From assembly GCA_037142675.1 (NCBI GenBank), contig JBAXAF010000004.1, positions 326-64,325 of the forward strand: a stretch of DNA of 64,000 bases, in the 5' to 3' direction. This DNA comes from Candidatus Berkelbacteria bacterium (lineage in GTDB: Bacteria > Patescibacteriota > UBA1384 > XYA2-FULL-43-10 > CAINNR01). Shown here piece after piece: positions 63,444-64,000 of this stretch. Positions within the stretch are counted from its first letter, which is position 1, and each line of letters opens with the position of its first letter. The notes beneath the pieces were generated by a model. That model did no database searches and was not told the DNA's origin. It saw only the letters and a list, made by a program, of their open reading frames with translations. Position numbers and translations under genes: made by a program.

Positions 63444-64000
63444 TTATATTAATTGCATTAATTTTTCTGCAGGTTGCTTAATTTTATTATACAGCGTTCC
63501 TCTGTCCTCAACCAAATCCTGAAACCACTCTGTCAGGAACTCCTTGGCTTTTTCTCTTTCAAACTCGTCGTAGGGGTCAGCCAGTTTTTCATTTTCGATT
63601 TGTGGACTTTCGAGTAAATATTTTTCCAAATCATCTATCATTTCGTTGTGCTCTTTGGCAAAACCTTGTAAGGCTAAATCCATACGGAAAGTCGGAGAAA
63701 TTTGCATAGCCATCATGTCATCAATTACTAATGTGCGGATGAAATGAATTAAATCTCGATGGAAATGCACGTTGTAGCTTTCAGCGATTCTCATTGCCTT
63801 AATGAAGCTTACGGCGGTGCTGCGATTGTAAAGCGATTCAGAAGGGTGGCCAATTGAGTTTTGCCATGTTCCTATTATTTGTTTTAGTGGTTGTTCATAA
63901 ACTTCAGCCATTTTTCTCAATATTTCTAAATACGTCTCAATAGCGCCATTATTTCTCTGAGACAAAAAGCGAATTCTGTCTTCAACAGATCTAAGGCCGA
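63444..64000 (-). CDS. Hypothetical protein (3' part; frame open to the window edge)
   Basis: Reading frame stays open upstream of the track start at 63965. Confidence 0.6.
   Translation of the reverse strand, partial: GLRSVEDRIRFLSQRNNGAIETYLEILRKMAEVYEQPLKQIIGTWQNSIGHPSESLYNRSTAVSFIKAMRIAESYNVHFHRDLIHFIRTLVIDDMMAMQISPTFRMDLALQGFAKEHNEMIDDLEKYLLESPQIENEKLADPYDEFEREKAKEFLTEWFQDLVEDRGTLYNKIKQPAEKLMQLI

Noticed and set aside
1-64000. Genome-wide alternative genetic code (TGA as Gly or Trp)
   Set aside because: Long conserved genes are uninterrupted under code 11, and TGA ends genes at expected positions (yidD, ndk, PIG-L).
1-64000. Diversity-generating retroelement, retron or IS element
   Set aside because: No reverse transcriptase or transposase ORF recognised; the near-repeat at 57666/58391 differs at synonymous sites rather than specifically at adenines.

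Overview
Origin-of-replication region of a small, AT-rich bacterial genome whose gene content strongly suggests Patescibacteria/CPR (inference): TrbC/VirB2-like pilins, many TrmB-type regulators, a Trm11-like methylase and tRNA-Arg(GCG). TGA is used as a stop. The backbone runs recF-dnaN-oriC-dnaA, rpmH, rnpA-yidD-yidC, a PilB/GspE ATPase and pilins, galU, hsp20, comF, an M16 peptidase, ndk, wecA-like, dnaE, rpmA, rplS, yraN, gltX, a GT4 and PIG-L genes, plus six tRNAs. It is interrupted by many short GC-richer cargo units with their own sigma70 promoters and terminators, often head-to-head with one of six TrmB-family regulators. Cargo includes a second full-length DnaA, a lone RNAP alpha-CTD, FabI, a ParA-like ATPase and beta-barrel-like exported proteins. 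Main signals read directly from the DNA: (1) a ~500-nt GC-rich, highly base-paired non-coding region between rpmA and rplS (candidate large ncRNA); (2) two unrelated nuclease genes that both end inside the first 15 nt of a tRNA-Ser gene (both proteins end GEVA*); (3) a three-hairpin element with covarying stems behind both tRNA-Gln and tRNA-Glu, each followed by a duplicated tRNA 3' end; (4) cargo genes bracketed by a duplicated gene 3' end or terminator, one copy synonymously recoded; (5) palindromic and heptamer repeats that invade coding sequence in frame. No CRISPR array, integrase, transposase or reverse transcriptase was recognised. All family calls are by motif recognition, not database search.
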